Of a DNA stretch of 64,000 nucleotides, positions 38,516 to 47,050 are shown one piece after another. Within the stretch, counting starts at the first letter, position 1. Each line of letters opens with the position of its first letter. A program made the translations under genes and the position numbers. The notes under the pieces are model-generated. The model was not told the DNA's origin. It did no database searches and saw only the letters and a program-made list of their open reading frames with translations. The stretch is taken from assembly GCA_963662315.1 (NCBI GenBank), contig OY759353.1, positions 3,616,001-3,680,000 of the forward strand, written 5' to 3'. The stretch comes from Geopsychrobacteraceae bacterium. GTDB taxonomy: Bacteria > Desulfobacterota > Desulfuromonadia > Desulfuromonadales > Geopsychrobacteraceae.

Positions 38516-40106
38516 TTTTTCCTGGACAACGACAGATGCGCTGTTGCTGGCCATGCTTGGCGCCATTGGCATCTGGTTGAGATTATACCGCCTGGCAGCG
38601 CAGGGGCACCGTTATTACGATGAGGGCCTGTATTATGTCAGGGCTCTCTACCAGTACGAGTTATTGCGCTTTGTTTTGAAGAATTTTCGTGGCTTACTTC
38701 GGGGGAGTACAAATCTTAACAATATTTTTTCGAAAACAGAGCAGGGCTGGTATCCACGTAATGCCAATTACCAGTTACATGAGTGGTGTATCGCTCTTTT
38801 AATGGGCATTTTTGGTCGTCGCCCCGCTATCAGCCTGTATCTTTCAGCCCTTTTCGGTATTCTTGCTCTTTTTGTCGTTCCCGTGCTGGCCGGATGTGTC
38901 GCTGGCCAAGGGGCTTTTGGGCTGGCACTGATACTGATGAGTGTTGATGCCGCCAATGTGTATTATTCACGTACGGCATTTGGGGATACTCAGGCGGCCT
39001 TTTTTCTCGTCCTTGGTTTATTTTGTCTCTGGGCTGGTTTTGATGGCAGCTACATATTGGTCCTCTTGGCGGGTCTTTTTTGCTGCTGTTGCCTGATGTG
39101 CAAGACGCAATACTATTTTATGATTCTGGCTGTGGAGCTGTGTCTTGTTGTGACCGTGCCTGGCCGTGAGCTCTGGAGTACGGGAATAGTGGCCTTCATC
39201 GTGTTCAATCTGGGATTGATGCTTCCTATTCTTTTTATCGAGGGATTTTACCGGATTTTGAAACATTGGGGGTATGAGCAACAGACCTATCTGCAGCTTG
39301 TTTATCACCAGTACTTTAATATCACCAGGGCGGGGGACGATTACGAGACTCGCAGCAGCTATCGACGTGAAATTCCATGGTTTCGCTGGCGTTGGCTGCA
39401 GATGTTTTGGCGCATTCAAAATCCCTTTTACTGTTTGTTGCTGGTTGTGGCAGTTATTGTCAGCCTGTTCAGTGGGCAGGGTTTTCTGTACGGACTTTTG
39501 TTTGTCAGTATTATTCCGGTCCTGAACTGGCTTCGCCATGAATTTTGTGCTTTACGCTACCTGTTTTCCAATCATCTGTTACTTGTCGCTTTAATGGCCC
39601 TCAGTCTGGGGCCTTATGTCCAGGGCTGGGGTCTCGTGCTGTTGGGCTTACTCCTGCTGGGGGTGGGTATTTACTGGGATCGTAAATATTTTGAAGTTTC
39701 AGCGCATTTACAAAGCTATAAATATTTAACAACAATTGCCGATAAAATATACAGTGCTGATTTTTACAATGCCCAGATTTTTTTCCCACGCCATGCGGTT
39801 CGCTATGCTCCAGGGAGTTTGGACGAGTTGAAAACTCTTTATGATGAGGGCTTTTCACACTGGTTGGTTGATTTACATAGCACTTTTGCGTTAACCGATG
39901 GTCAGGAACAGGTTTTGGACTTTGTAGAAAAAATGCTTATTCCCGTATGTGAGTTGGAAGATGAATCTATTGTCCGCCCCCATTTCTGGTGGGAATATTG
40001 TTACAGTAAACTTGTAAATCACAAATATGAGCGGTGCTTTCGTGATGCACCTAAACAAAATCGCACCATCAGGATCTATGACCTTGAACCTCTGGTAAAG
40101 GGGTAA
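38508..40106 (+). CDS. GT-C membrane glycosyltransferase (ArnT/PMT-like)
   Basis: LRLYRL..YDEGLYY motif after TM1; many TM segments. Confidence 0.75.
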   Translation: MPDFSWTTTDALLLAMLGAIGIWLRLYRLAAQGHRYYDEGLYYVRALYQYELLRFVLKNFRGLLRGSTNLNNIFSKTEQGWYPRNANYQLHEWCIALLMGIFGRRPAISLYLSALFGILALFVVPVLAGCVAGQGAFGLALILMSVDAANVYYSRTAFGDTQAAFFLVLGLFCLWAGFDGSYILVLLAGLFCCCCLMCKTQYYFMILAVELCLVVTVPGRELWSTGIVAFIVFNLGLMLPILFIEGFYRILKHWGYEQQTYLQLVYHQYFNITRAGDDYETRSSYRREIPWFRWRWLQMFWRIQNPFYCLLLVVAVIVSLFSGQGFLYGLLFVSIIPVLNWLRHEFCALRYLFSNHLLLVALMALSLGPYVQGWGLVLLGLLLLGVGIYWDRKYFEVSAHLQSYKYLTTIADKIYSADFYNAQIFFPRHAVRYAPGSLDELKTLYDEGFSHWLVDLHSTFALTDGQEQVLDFVEKMLIPVCELEDESIVRPHFWWEYCYSKLVNHKYERCFRDAPKQNRTIRIYDLEPLVKG

Positions 40107-40133
40107 GAGCGGCAGGTCTCGGAGATATCTCGC

Positions 40134-41144
40134 ATGAAAAAAACTATTTTTATAACTGGTGTAGCTGGATTTCTTGGCAGTCATATGGCTGATATGTTCA
40201 TTCGCCAGGGGCATCGGGTTATCGGTTGCGATAGCCTTATCGGCGGCTATCTCGACAATGTCCCTGCGGAAGTGGAATTTTATCAGTATGATTGTGACTA
40301 TCATAATTCCATGGTCAAAATAACCAGAGGTGTTGATGTTGTCTTTCACTGCGCAGCGACGGCTTACGAAGGTCTGTCGGTTTTTTCACCTTATGTTGTC
40401 ACCAAAAATATCGTCAATGCGTCCGTTTCCGTCATGACGGCAGCTATTGCCAACAATGTGAAACGCTTTGTTTATTGCTCGAGTATGGCTCGCTATGGTG
40501 AACAGGAGGTTGTCCCTTTTACCGAGGATATGACCCCCTTGCCGCAGGATCCTTATGGCATCGGAAAATTCTCAAGTGAAATGTTTCTGAAGAATCTGAG
40601 TGAAATCCATGGCATGGAATATGTCATTGTTGTGCCCCACAACATAATCGGCCCTCGTCAGAAGTACGATGATCCCTATCGTAATGTCGCCAGCATCATG
40701 ATCAATCTCATGTTGCAGGGACGGCAGCCCATTATCTATGGTGATGGCACTCAGATGCGATGTTTCTCTTTTGTTCATGATATCTTGCCGCTGTTTGAAC
40801 AGCTTGTCGACAGCACTGATGTTGTGGGGCAGGTCATTAATTTTGGGCCGGATGAGGAGTTTGTGACCATTAACGAACTGGCGGAGATCATCGCAGATCT
40901 GCTGAATTTCGACCTGGATCCCGTGTTTATGCCGGGACGGCCACAGGAGGTAAGGCTGGCTAACTGCTCTGCTGATAAAGCCCGCCAGATGCTTGGTTAC
41001 CAGACCAGTTACTCTTTACGGCAGGGCTTGGCGGAGATGATTGACTATATTCGTAACCGGGGAGTTAAAAAATTTAAATATCACCTGGATCTGGAAATTA
41101 TTAACGACAAAACACCGGTCACTTGGAAAGAACGACTTTTTTAA
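40134..41144 (+). CDS. NAD-dependent nucleotide-sugar epimerase/dehydratase
   Basis: ITGVAGFLGSH, SSMARYG, YGIGK, HNIIGPRQ. Confidence 0.92.
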   Translation: MKKTIFITGVAGFLGSHMADMFIRQGHRVIGCDSLIGGYLDNVPAEVEFYQYDCDYHNSMVKITRGVDVVFHCAATAYEGLSVFSPYVVTKNIVNASVSVMTAAIANNVKRFVYCSSMARYGEQEVVPFTEDMTPLPQDPYGIGKFSSEMFLKNLSEIHGMEYVIVVPHNIIGPRQKYDDPYRNVASIMINLMLQGRQPIIYGDGTQMRCFSFVHDILPLFEQLVDSTDVVGQVINFGPDEEFVTINELAEIIADLLNFDLDPVFMPGRPQEVRLANCSADKARQMLGYQTSYSLRQGLAEMIDYIRNRGVKKFKYHLDLEIINDKTPVTWKERLF

Positions 41145-41153
41145 GGTCTGGCA

Positions 41154-42668
41154 TTGAAAATAGCTCTCATACATCCCCCTTTGCTGGATGTGTCCGGCAA
41201 GAAAATTTCAACTCAGGTGGAGGTTGAAATTCCTCTGGGAATAGCTTATCTCACCGCGGTATTGGAACAGGATGGTCACGATTGTATTGTGATCGACGCC
41301 ATTCTGGACGGTTACGGGCAGGTTTTTTCCAGCTGTGGTTGTCAGGCGTTTGGTCTTTCCTATGAGCAGATCGCTGATAGAGTACAGGCGGTAGGTGCTG
41401 ACCTGGTCCTTATCTCCTGTATTTTTTTCAATCAGCGGCGCAGTGCTCTGGAAGTGGCAAGACAGGTCAAGGCCCTGTGTGACGATCTCTGCGTCGTCGC
41501 GGGAGGCATTGGCTCATTCATTGAACCTGAATGGATGTTGGCCACAGGGCTGGTTGACTATGTTGTGATTGGGGAGGGGGAAGAGTCCTGTCGCCAGCTT
41601 GTTTCCGCACTTGAACGTAAGGATATGGAAGCCGTCAGGACGGTTGATGGCCTGGCCTTTATGGACCAAGAAACCCTATGGGTCAACCCCAAGACCACTT
41701 ATGTGCAAGCATTGGATTCGTTACCAAGTCCCGCGTTTGAGCATTTTGATCTGGAAAAGTTGTTTGCTGTTGGCATACCGTTCGGGAACAAGAAAAAGCA
41801 GCGCTATTTAAACCTGCTGACCAGTCGGGGCTGCCCCTACAAATGCTCATTTTGTGCCGCACATAATATCTGGGATCGACGGATACGCTATCGCAGTGCC
41901 AAATCAATCCTTGCGGAAATCGCATATGTTAAAGAACAGTTTAATATTGAGGAAATTCACTTTTCTGATGAGAATCTGACCCTTGACCGGGCTCGCGCTG
42001 TCGAAATTCTGACCGGGCTGAAGGCTCTGGATATAAGTTGGACTGCCCCGAATGGGGTGATGATTGCTTCTTTGGATGAAGAGCTGATCGCTTTGATGGC
42101 CGCCAGTGGTTGTCATTCGGTGAGTCTGGCCATTGAGTCAGGTTCGCAGAGGGTTCTTGCTGGGGTTATAGGTAAGCCTCTTAAGCTAAAACAGGTTTTT
42201 CCGGTTGTTGCTTGTTTGAAGAAGTATGGAATCCACTGTCGAGGTTTTTTTATAATCGGGCTACCGGGAGAAACCAGAAAAGAAATTTGGCAGACGCTAT
42301 TGTTGGCCGCCTTTTTGAAATTAGAGCAGAATGAAATAATGATTGCTTTACCGTATCCCGGTACGCATATTTATGACCAATGTCAGCAATTCGGTTTGTT
42401 TTCCGATGGGTTTAATATTGAAGCTTTGAATAATGATGGTGGACCGATTTCAACCAATCAGTTTACACCCGCATATCTGGCACTGGTTAAAGATGTTGAC
42501 CGGGTGCTGTATTATTGGCGCACCAAAAAGAAGAGTCTTCTATCATTATGCCGCTATGTTGTACAAGGCTATCGCGGCAGAACGTTTTCGTTTCTGTTTT
42601 ACCTCGGGCGCTTTATCTGGATGCAAACCCGGGCAAAGAGAGTCGGAGAACAATATTTCTATGATTAA
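41154..42668 (+). CDS. B12-binding radical SAM protein
   Basis: IHPP..PLGIAYL..GEGE; TSRGCPYKCSFC; DENL; IESGSQ. Confidence 0.9.
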   Translation: MKIALIHPPLLDVSGKKISTQVEVEIPLGIAYLTAVLEQDGHDCIVIDAILDGYGQVFSSCGCQAFGLSYEQIADRVQAVGADLVLISCIFFNQRRSALEVARQVKALCDDLCVVAGGIGSFIEPEWMLATGLVDYVVIGEGEESCRQLVSALERKDMEAVRTVDGLAFMDQETLWVNPKTTYVQALDSLPSPAFEHFDLEKLFAVGIPFGNKKKQRYLNLLTSRGCPYKCSFCAAHNIWDRRIRYRSAKSILAEIAYVKEQFNIEEIHFSDENLTLDRARAVEILTGLKALDISWTAPNGVMIASLDEELIALMAASGCHSVSLAIESGSQRVLAGVIGKPLKLKQVFPVVACLKKYGIHCRGFFIIGLPGETRKEIWQTLLLAAFLKLEQNEIMIALPYPGTHIYDQCQQFGLFSDGFNIEALNNDGGPISTNQFTPAYLALVKDVDRVLYYWRTKKKSLLSLCRYVVQGYRGRTFSFLFYLGRFIWMQTRAKRVGEQYFYD

Positions 42669-43797
42669 AGGTCAGTTTTTAATGCATATCCCGACCCAAA
42701 TCCATTTTGGCGTTGGTGCCATGATCCAGACCCTGCCAAAGCTAAATTCCGCACTGATTCTCATTGGTGAAAATCTGGAAAGAAAAAGCGGCTTGGCAGC
42801 CTCCTATCGTGACCAGCTCGATAGTGTCGAGGTGCAGATCTGTTTGCGATCTGCAGGCGAGCCATCGTCCGCACTAGTCGATGAACTGTTTAAGACGATT
42901 AGTGGCAAGCCTGATATTATTTTTGCTATCGGGGGGGGGAGTACTCTCGATACTGCCAAAGCTTTGGCGATATTATGCGCTACCGGCGGGTCTATTGCTG
43001 ACTATGAATTTGGTCATAAATGTATCAGCCGGGCATTACCCGTTGTCGCTGTCCCGACGACCTGTGGCAGTGGTAGTGAAGTGACCCCTTATGCGGTCAT
43101 CAATAATAGTGACACAGGACGCAAGTTCACGCTTTCTCATCCCTGCCTGTTGCCTCAAAAGGCGCTCATTGATCCGGTTTTACTGAAGAATCTTCCCGTT
43201 ACTGTATTTCGATCAGGGGTTCTGGATGCACTTATTCATAGTCTGGAAGCCAGATTAAGTTGTGTTCAGAATGTCTTGATCCATCCGTTTGCTGAAGCTT
43301 CCATTGCAACGATTCTCAAGCATTTTCCTGTTCAGGGCAAGTTTTCATCAGAGCAGGAATTACATGATTATGCATTAGCCTCTTTGTACGGCGGATTAAG
43401 CATCGCGCATGCACGAACGGGGTTGATCCATACTCTTTCCGTCGCTTTTGCCCGTTATGTTCCATTAAGCCACGGCCTTTTAAATGCACTTATCGCTCCT
43501 TATGCTTTCAATTTTAATCGCGGTCATTACGCAGGTACTTGCGCCTTTTTGCTGACAAGAATATGGCCTGACAGAGTCTGGTCTGATGACACGGCCTGTG
43601 ATTTTCTCATCCATTGGTTTAAGGAGCGGACTGCTGAGCTGTCTTTGGCAGATTTTGATGTGTCTGAAATATCTATTGATGCTCTTGCTGATCGTGTTGA
43701 ACAGGATAAGGGCCTCCCGCTTGTTAACTGGCGACCATATACGCGGGCAGACTTGGAATCATTGATTGGAGAAATAATAACTGATGCGATTAGATGA
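42661..43797 (+). CDS. Iron-containing alcohol dehydrogenase (phosphonoacetaldehyde/sulfoacetaldehyde reductase-like)
   Basis: IGGGSTLDTAK, PTTCGSGSEVT, DALIHSLE, GLIH..SHG; start ATG 42661. Confidence 0.85.
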   Translation: MIKGQFLMHIPTQIHFGVGAMIQTLPKLNSALILIGENLERKSGLAASYRDQLDSVEVQICLRSAGEPSSALVDELFKTISGKPDIIFAIGGGSTLDTAKALAILCATGGSIADYEFGHKCISRALPVVAVPTTCGSGSEVTPYAVINNSDTGRKFTLSHPCLLPQKALIDPVLLKNLPVTVFRSGVLDALIHSLEARLSCVQNVLIHPFAEASIATILKHFPVQGKFSSEQELHDYALASLYGGLSIAHARTGLIHTLSVAFARYVPLSHGLLNALIAPYAFNFNRGHYAGTCAFLLTRIWPDRVWSDDTACDFLIHWFKERTAELSLADFDVSEISIDALADRVEQDKGLPLVNWRPYTRADLESLIGEIITDAIR

Positions 43798-44296
43798 AAA
43801 AGGGCGGGCACTGTTTCCCCAGGTTGAGGACAGTGAACATTTTACCGCGTGTCTTGAACGGCAGTGTGACTGGTTTTCTGCTATTCCTGATAGTGTGATC
43901 CGCAAGGTTATTCCATGCCTGAAAAAATACCATTTTGCCGCGCGGGAGAATCATGCCGTGGCACAGGCTTTTGGTGCCAGCATGGCCGGGGCGAAACCCT
44001 GCGTGCTGATGCAGAACAGTGGCCTGGGGTTATCGCTTGATGCGTTGCTGGGGTTATTCGGCTTATATCAACGTGGGCTGCTTCTGGTGGTATCCAACCG
44101 CGGAGAATTGCCCTGGGAAGAGGTGCAGCATCAGGATTGGGGGAAACTTACGCTACCAATATTGCAAGGCTTGGGGTGGACTATTGTTGATTACCAGGAG
44201 GAAGGGCTTCAAGGGCTTGAGCGCGCGGCAAAGCTGGCTTTTTCTGAGCAGAAAATTGTTGTTGTGATGTTACATCGGGGAAATTTGGATGAATAG
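43784..44296 (+). CDS. TPP-dependent 2-oxoacid decarboxylase, alpha subunit (Ppd N-terminal/ComD-like)
   Basis: IPDS, RENHAVA.A.G, LMQNSGLG, RGE. Confidence 0.82.
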   Translation: MRLDEKGRALFPQVEDSEHFTACLERQCDWFSAIPDSVIRKVIPCLKKYHFAARENHAVAQAFGASMAGAKPCVLMQNSGLGLSLDALLGLFGLYQRGLLLVVSNRGELPWEEVQHQDWGKLTLPILQGLGWTIVDYQEEGLQGLERAAKLAFSEQKIVVVMLHRGNLDE

Positions 44297-44738
44297 AGTA
44301 GATGCCATTCAGCACATTTATCAGCAACACCCTGAGGCATTTTTTATCCTCAGTAATGGACTTACTTCCCGCGAAGCTGCCCATTTTCTGCCTCAACCTC
44401 AGAGTTTTTATTTACTTCATGCCATGGGCGAAGCCTTTAGCGTCGGAATTGGATTGGCCAATGCCGACCCTCAGCGCCAGGTCGTTGTTATTGATGGTGA
44501 TGGCAACGCCTTAATGGGAATGGCGGGGTGGAGCGCTCCACGACCGGAAAATCTGACTTATTATGTCCTTGTAAATGGTGTTTACCAAACCACGGGGGAA
44601 CAGCAATTACCCACTTTTTCTCAATGGCCAAAATGGTGCCGTCTTATGCCCGTTGAAGGAAATAAGCGAGATACTCCGAATCCTCCTGATCCGTTGCAGA
44701 TATGGGATCAGACTCAGCAGTGGCTGAAATCACATTGA
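44289..44738 (+). CDS. TPP-dependent decarboxylase, beta subunit (Ppd C-terminal/ComE-like)
   Basis: NGLTSRE, FYLLHAMG, DGDGNALM..NGVYQTTGEQ. Confidence 0.82.
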   Translation: MNRVDAIQHIYQQHPEAFFILSNGLTSREAAHFLPQPQSFYLLHAMGEAFSVGIGLANADPQRQVVVIDGDGNALMGMAGWSAPRPENLTYYVLVNGVYQTTGEQQLPTFSQWPKWCRLMPVEGNKRDTPNPPDPLQIWDQTQQWLKSH

Positions 44739-44761
44739 ATTATAATGAAGGAGACAATTAA

Positions 44762-45823
44762 ATGGCCCTACGCACAACATTTCATACCAGACTAGGCGAT
44801 GTCGAAATTGGTGAAGGCCTGCCACCTCATTTGATTGCGGAAATCGGCCTGAACCACAACGGCAGTGCTGAGCTTGCCCGGGAGATGATCTATCAGGCGG
44901 CGATCAGCGGTGCCAGTATGGTTAAATTTCAAAAACGTTCACCGAAAGATCTGGCGGTCGCCAGTTTTCTTGATGCGCCTTTTGAGAAGTGTCCTGCCTT
45001 AGGTAAAAGTCAGCGTATTGTCCGTAACCGACTGGAGTTATCTCTGGAAGAATATGTTTCATTACGCGAATACGCAGAAAGCCTGGGGCTGATTTTCTTT
45101 GCATCGGCTTTTGATCTGCCGAGTTTTGAATTTTTACAACAGGCCGGCGTGGAGATCATCAAGTTGGCCAGTCATAGTATTACCAATGGTCCTTTGTTAC
45201 AGGCCGTTGCCGATTCCGGTATGGCTGTTATCAGCAGTTTCGGAGGGGCCACTGAGCAAGAGCGGGATCGGGCGTTTGATATTCTTAAGGGAAATCCTCT
45301 GGTTATTCTGCACTGTGTCAGCAGCTATCCGACCCAGGACCATCTGGTCAAACTGGATACGATTCCATATCTGCAGCAGCGCTATCGGGTTCCGGTGGGT
45401 TTCAGCAGCCATGAAGAAGGGATTGATATCTCGGTTGCGGCGACGCTTCTTGGTGCCTGTATGATTGAGCGCCACTTTACGATTGACCGGGCTATGATTG
45501 GCCTTGACCAGCCAATAAGTTTACAGCCGCGAGAATTTTCCGATATGGCGCAGAGAATCAGGCGTCTGCAAAAGGTCCGGGGGGTGACGACAGGCTTGAT
45601 GGCTGAAGAGAAGGGAACCAAGCAGGCTTATCATGTCGCTGTTTGCAGTCGTGGCGCAATCAGTGCGGGAACGGTCATTTCTCCAGATATGTTGTGCTGT
45701 AAACAGCCTCTTGGAGATCCGGATAAGTTTTTTACCGGCTTTGAACTGGATCAGGTGGTTGGTAAGAGTCTGACCGAAGATCTGCCAGCTGATACCCCGG
45801 TACCAAAGGCTCTGCTTAGGTAA
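44762..45823 (+). CDS. Second NeuB-family synthase (with SAF domain)
   Basis: IAEIGLNHNGS, VKFQKR, LHCVSSYP, GFSSHE, IERHFT. Confidence 0.9.
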   Translation: MALRTTFHTRLGDVEIGEGLPPHLIAEIGLNHNGSAELAREMIYQAAISGASMVKFQKRSPKDLAVASFLDAPFEKCPALGKSQRIVRNRLELSLEEYVSLREYAESLGLIFFASAFDLPSFEFLQQAGVEIIKLASHSITNGPLLQAVADSGMAVISSFGGATEQERDRAFDILKGNPLVILHCVSSYPTQDHLVKLDTIPYLQQRYRVPVGFSSHEEGIDISVAATLLGACMIERHFTIDRAMIGLDQPISLQPREFSDMAQRIRRLQKVRGVTTGLMAEEKGTKQAYHVAVCSRGAISAGTVISPDMLCCKQPLGDPDKFFTGFELDQVVGKSLTEDLPADTPVPKALLR

Positions 45824-47046
45824 TGGCGAAGCGAACAATACTTTTTATTGGTGGGGGAATAGAAACCGTTCCGGTTGTTCGCCTGGCAAGAACTATGGGG
45901 TTGCATACGGTTGTCAGCGATATGAACCCCACGGCACCTGCTTGTGCGGTGGCGCATGATTCGCTGGTTGCAAGCACTTATGATATCGAGCAAACGCTTC
46001 GGCAAGCACGTCAATATCATGAACAAAGACCTTTAGACGGGGTCATTTGTGTAGCAACAGATGTGCCTATGACCGTAGCTGCCGTAGCGGCGGAACTTGG
46101 TTTGCCGGGTATTCCGTTAGCGGCTGCAGCATTGGCCATGGACAAATTGGCGATGAAGCAAAAATTTGCCGCTGACGATATCGCTATCCCCTGGTTCATG
46201 CCTGTTGCTAATAGTGATCAGTTAAAAGACATAACCTCAGACAAACAACGCTCGTTTGTATTGAAGCCGGTTGACAGTCGTGGTGCTCGCGGTGTTTTAC
46301 GTCTTGATGCGGTTACTGATCTTGATTGGGCTTACCGGCATGCGGCAGAAAATTCTCCTAGCGGGCGGGTCATGATTGAAGAATTTCTGAGTGGGCCGCA
46401 ATTAAGCACGGAATCCCTGGTCGTTGATGGTGTCTGCTGCACTCCTGGGATCTCCGATCGCAATTATGAATATCTCGATCGCTACGCACCCCACATCATT
46501 GAAAATGGCGGTGATTTGCCGAGTTGCCTTGCTGCCGAGACCATCAGCAAGGTGAAAAGATTGGTGGAGCAAGCCGCAGCAAGTATGGGGATTACACGCG
46601 GGGTTGTTAAGGGGGATATTGTTATTCATAATAACCAGCCTAAAGTGATCGAACTGGCAGCACGACTTTCCGGTGGTTATTTCTGTAGCCATGAAATTCC
46701 ACTCAATACAGGCGTTGACCTGGTTGGTTGCGCCATCAGGCAGTGTCTTGGTGAAACGATCGCCAGAGAAGAACTACTTCCCAGGTTTCAGCATCATGTC
46801 TGCCAGCGCTATCTATTTCCCGCTCCCGGGCGGGTTGTTGCTGTCAATGGTATTGAGCAGGCGGCACAGATGCCGGGGGTTGAGTTGTGTGAGGTTCGGG
46901 TGCAGGCAGGAGATGTGATCAGATCTGTAGACAGTCACCCTGCTCGTGCAGGGGTCATCATCTGTACCGGAAATTCGCGGAAGGATGCCTTGGAACGGAC
47001 TCTCGCTGCGGTGGCCGCAATATCCATAGAAACGCAGGTGAGGTAA
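45823..47046 (+). CDS. ATP-grasp ligase
   Basis: DKLAMK, VLKPVDSRGARGV, IEEFLSG, IELAARLSGG. Confidence 0.88.
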   Translation: MAKRTILFIGGGIETVPVVRLARTMGLHTVVSDMNPTAPACAVAHDSLVASTYDIEQTLRQARQYHEQRPLDGVICVATDVPMTVAAVAAELGLPGIPLAAAALAMDKLAMKQKFAADDIAIPWFMPVANSDQLKDITSDKQRSFVLKPVDSRGARGVLRLDAVTDLDWAYRHAAENSPSGRVMIEEFLSGPQLSTESLVVDGVCCTPGISDRNYEYLDRYAPHIIENGGDLPSCLAAETISKVKRLVEQAAASMGITRGVVKGDIVIHNNQPKVIELAARLSGGYFCSHEIPLNTGVDLVGCAIRQCLGETIAREELLPRFQHHVCQRYLFPAPGRVVAVNGIEQAAQMPGVELCEVRVQAGDVIRSVDSHPARAGVIICTGNSRKDALERTLAAVAAISIETQVR

Positions 47047-47050
47047 TTTT

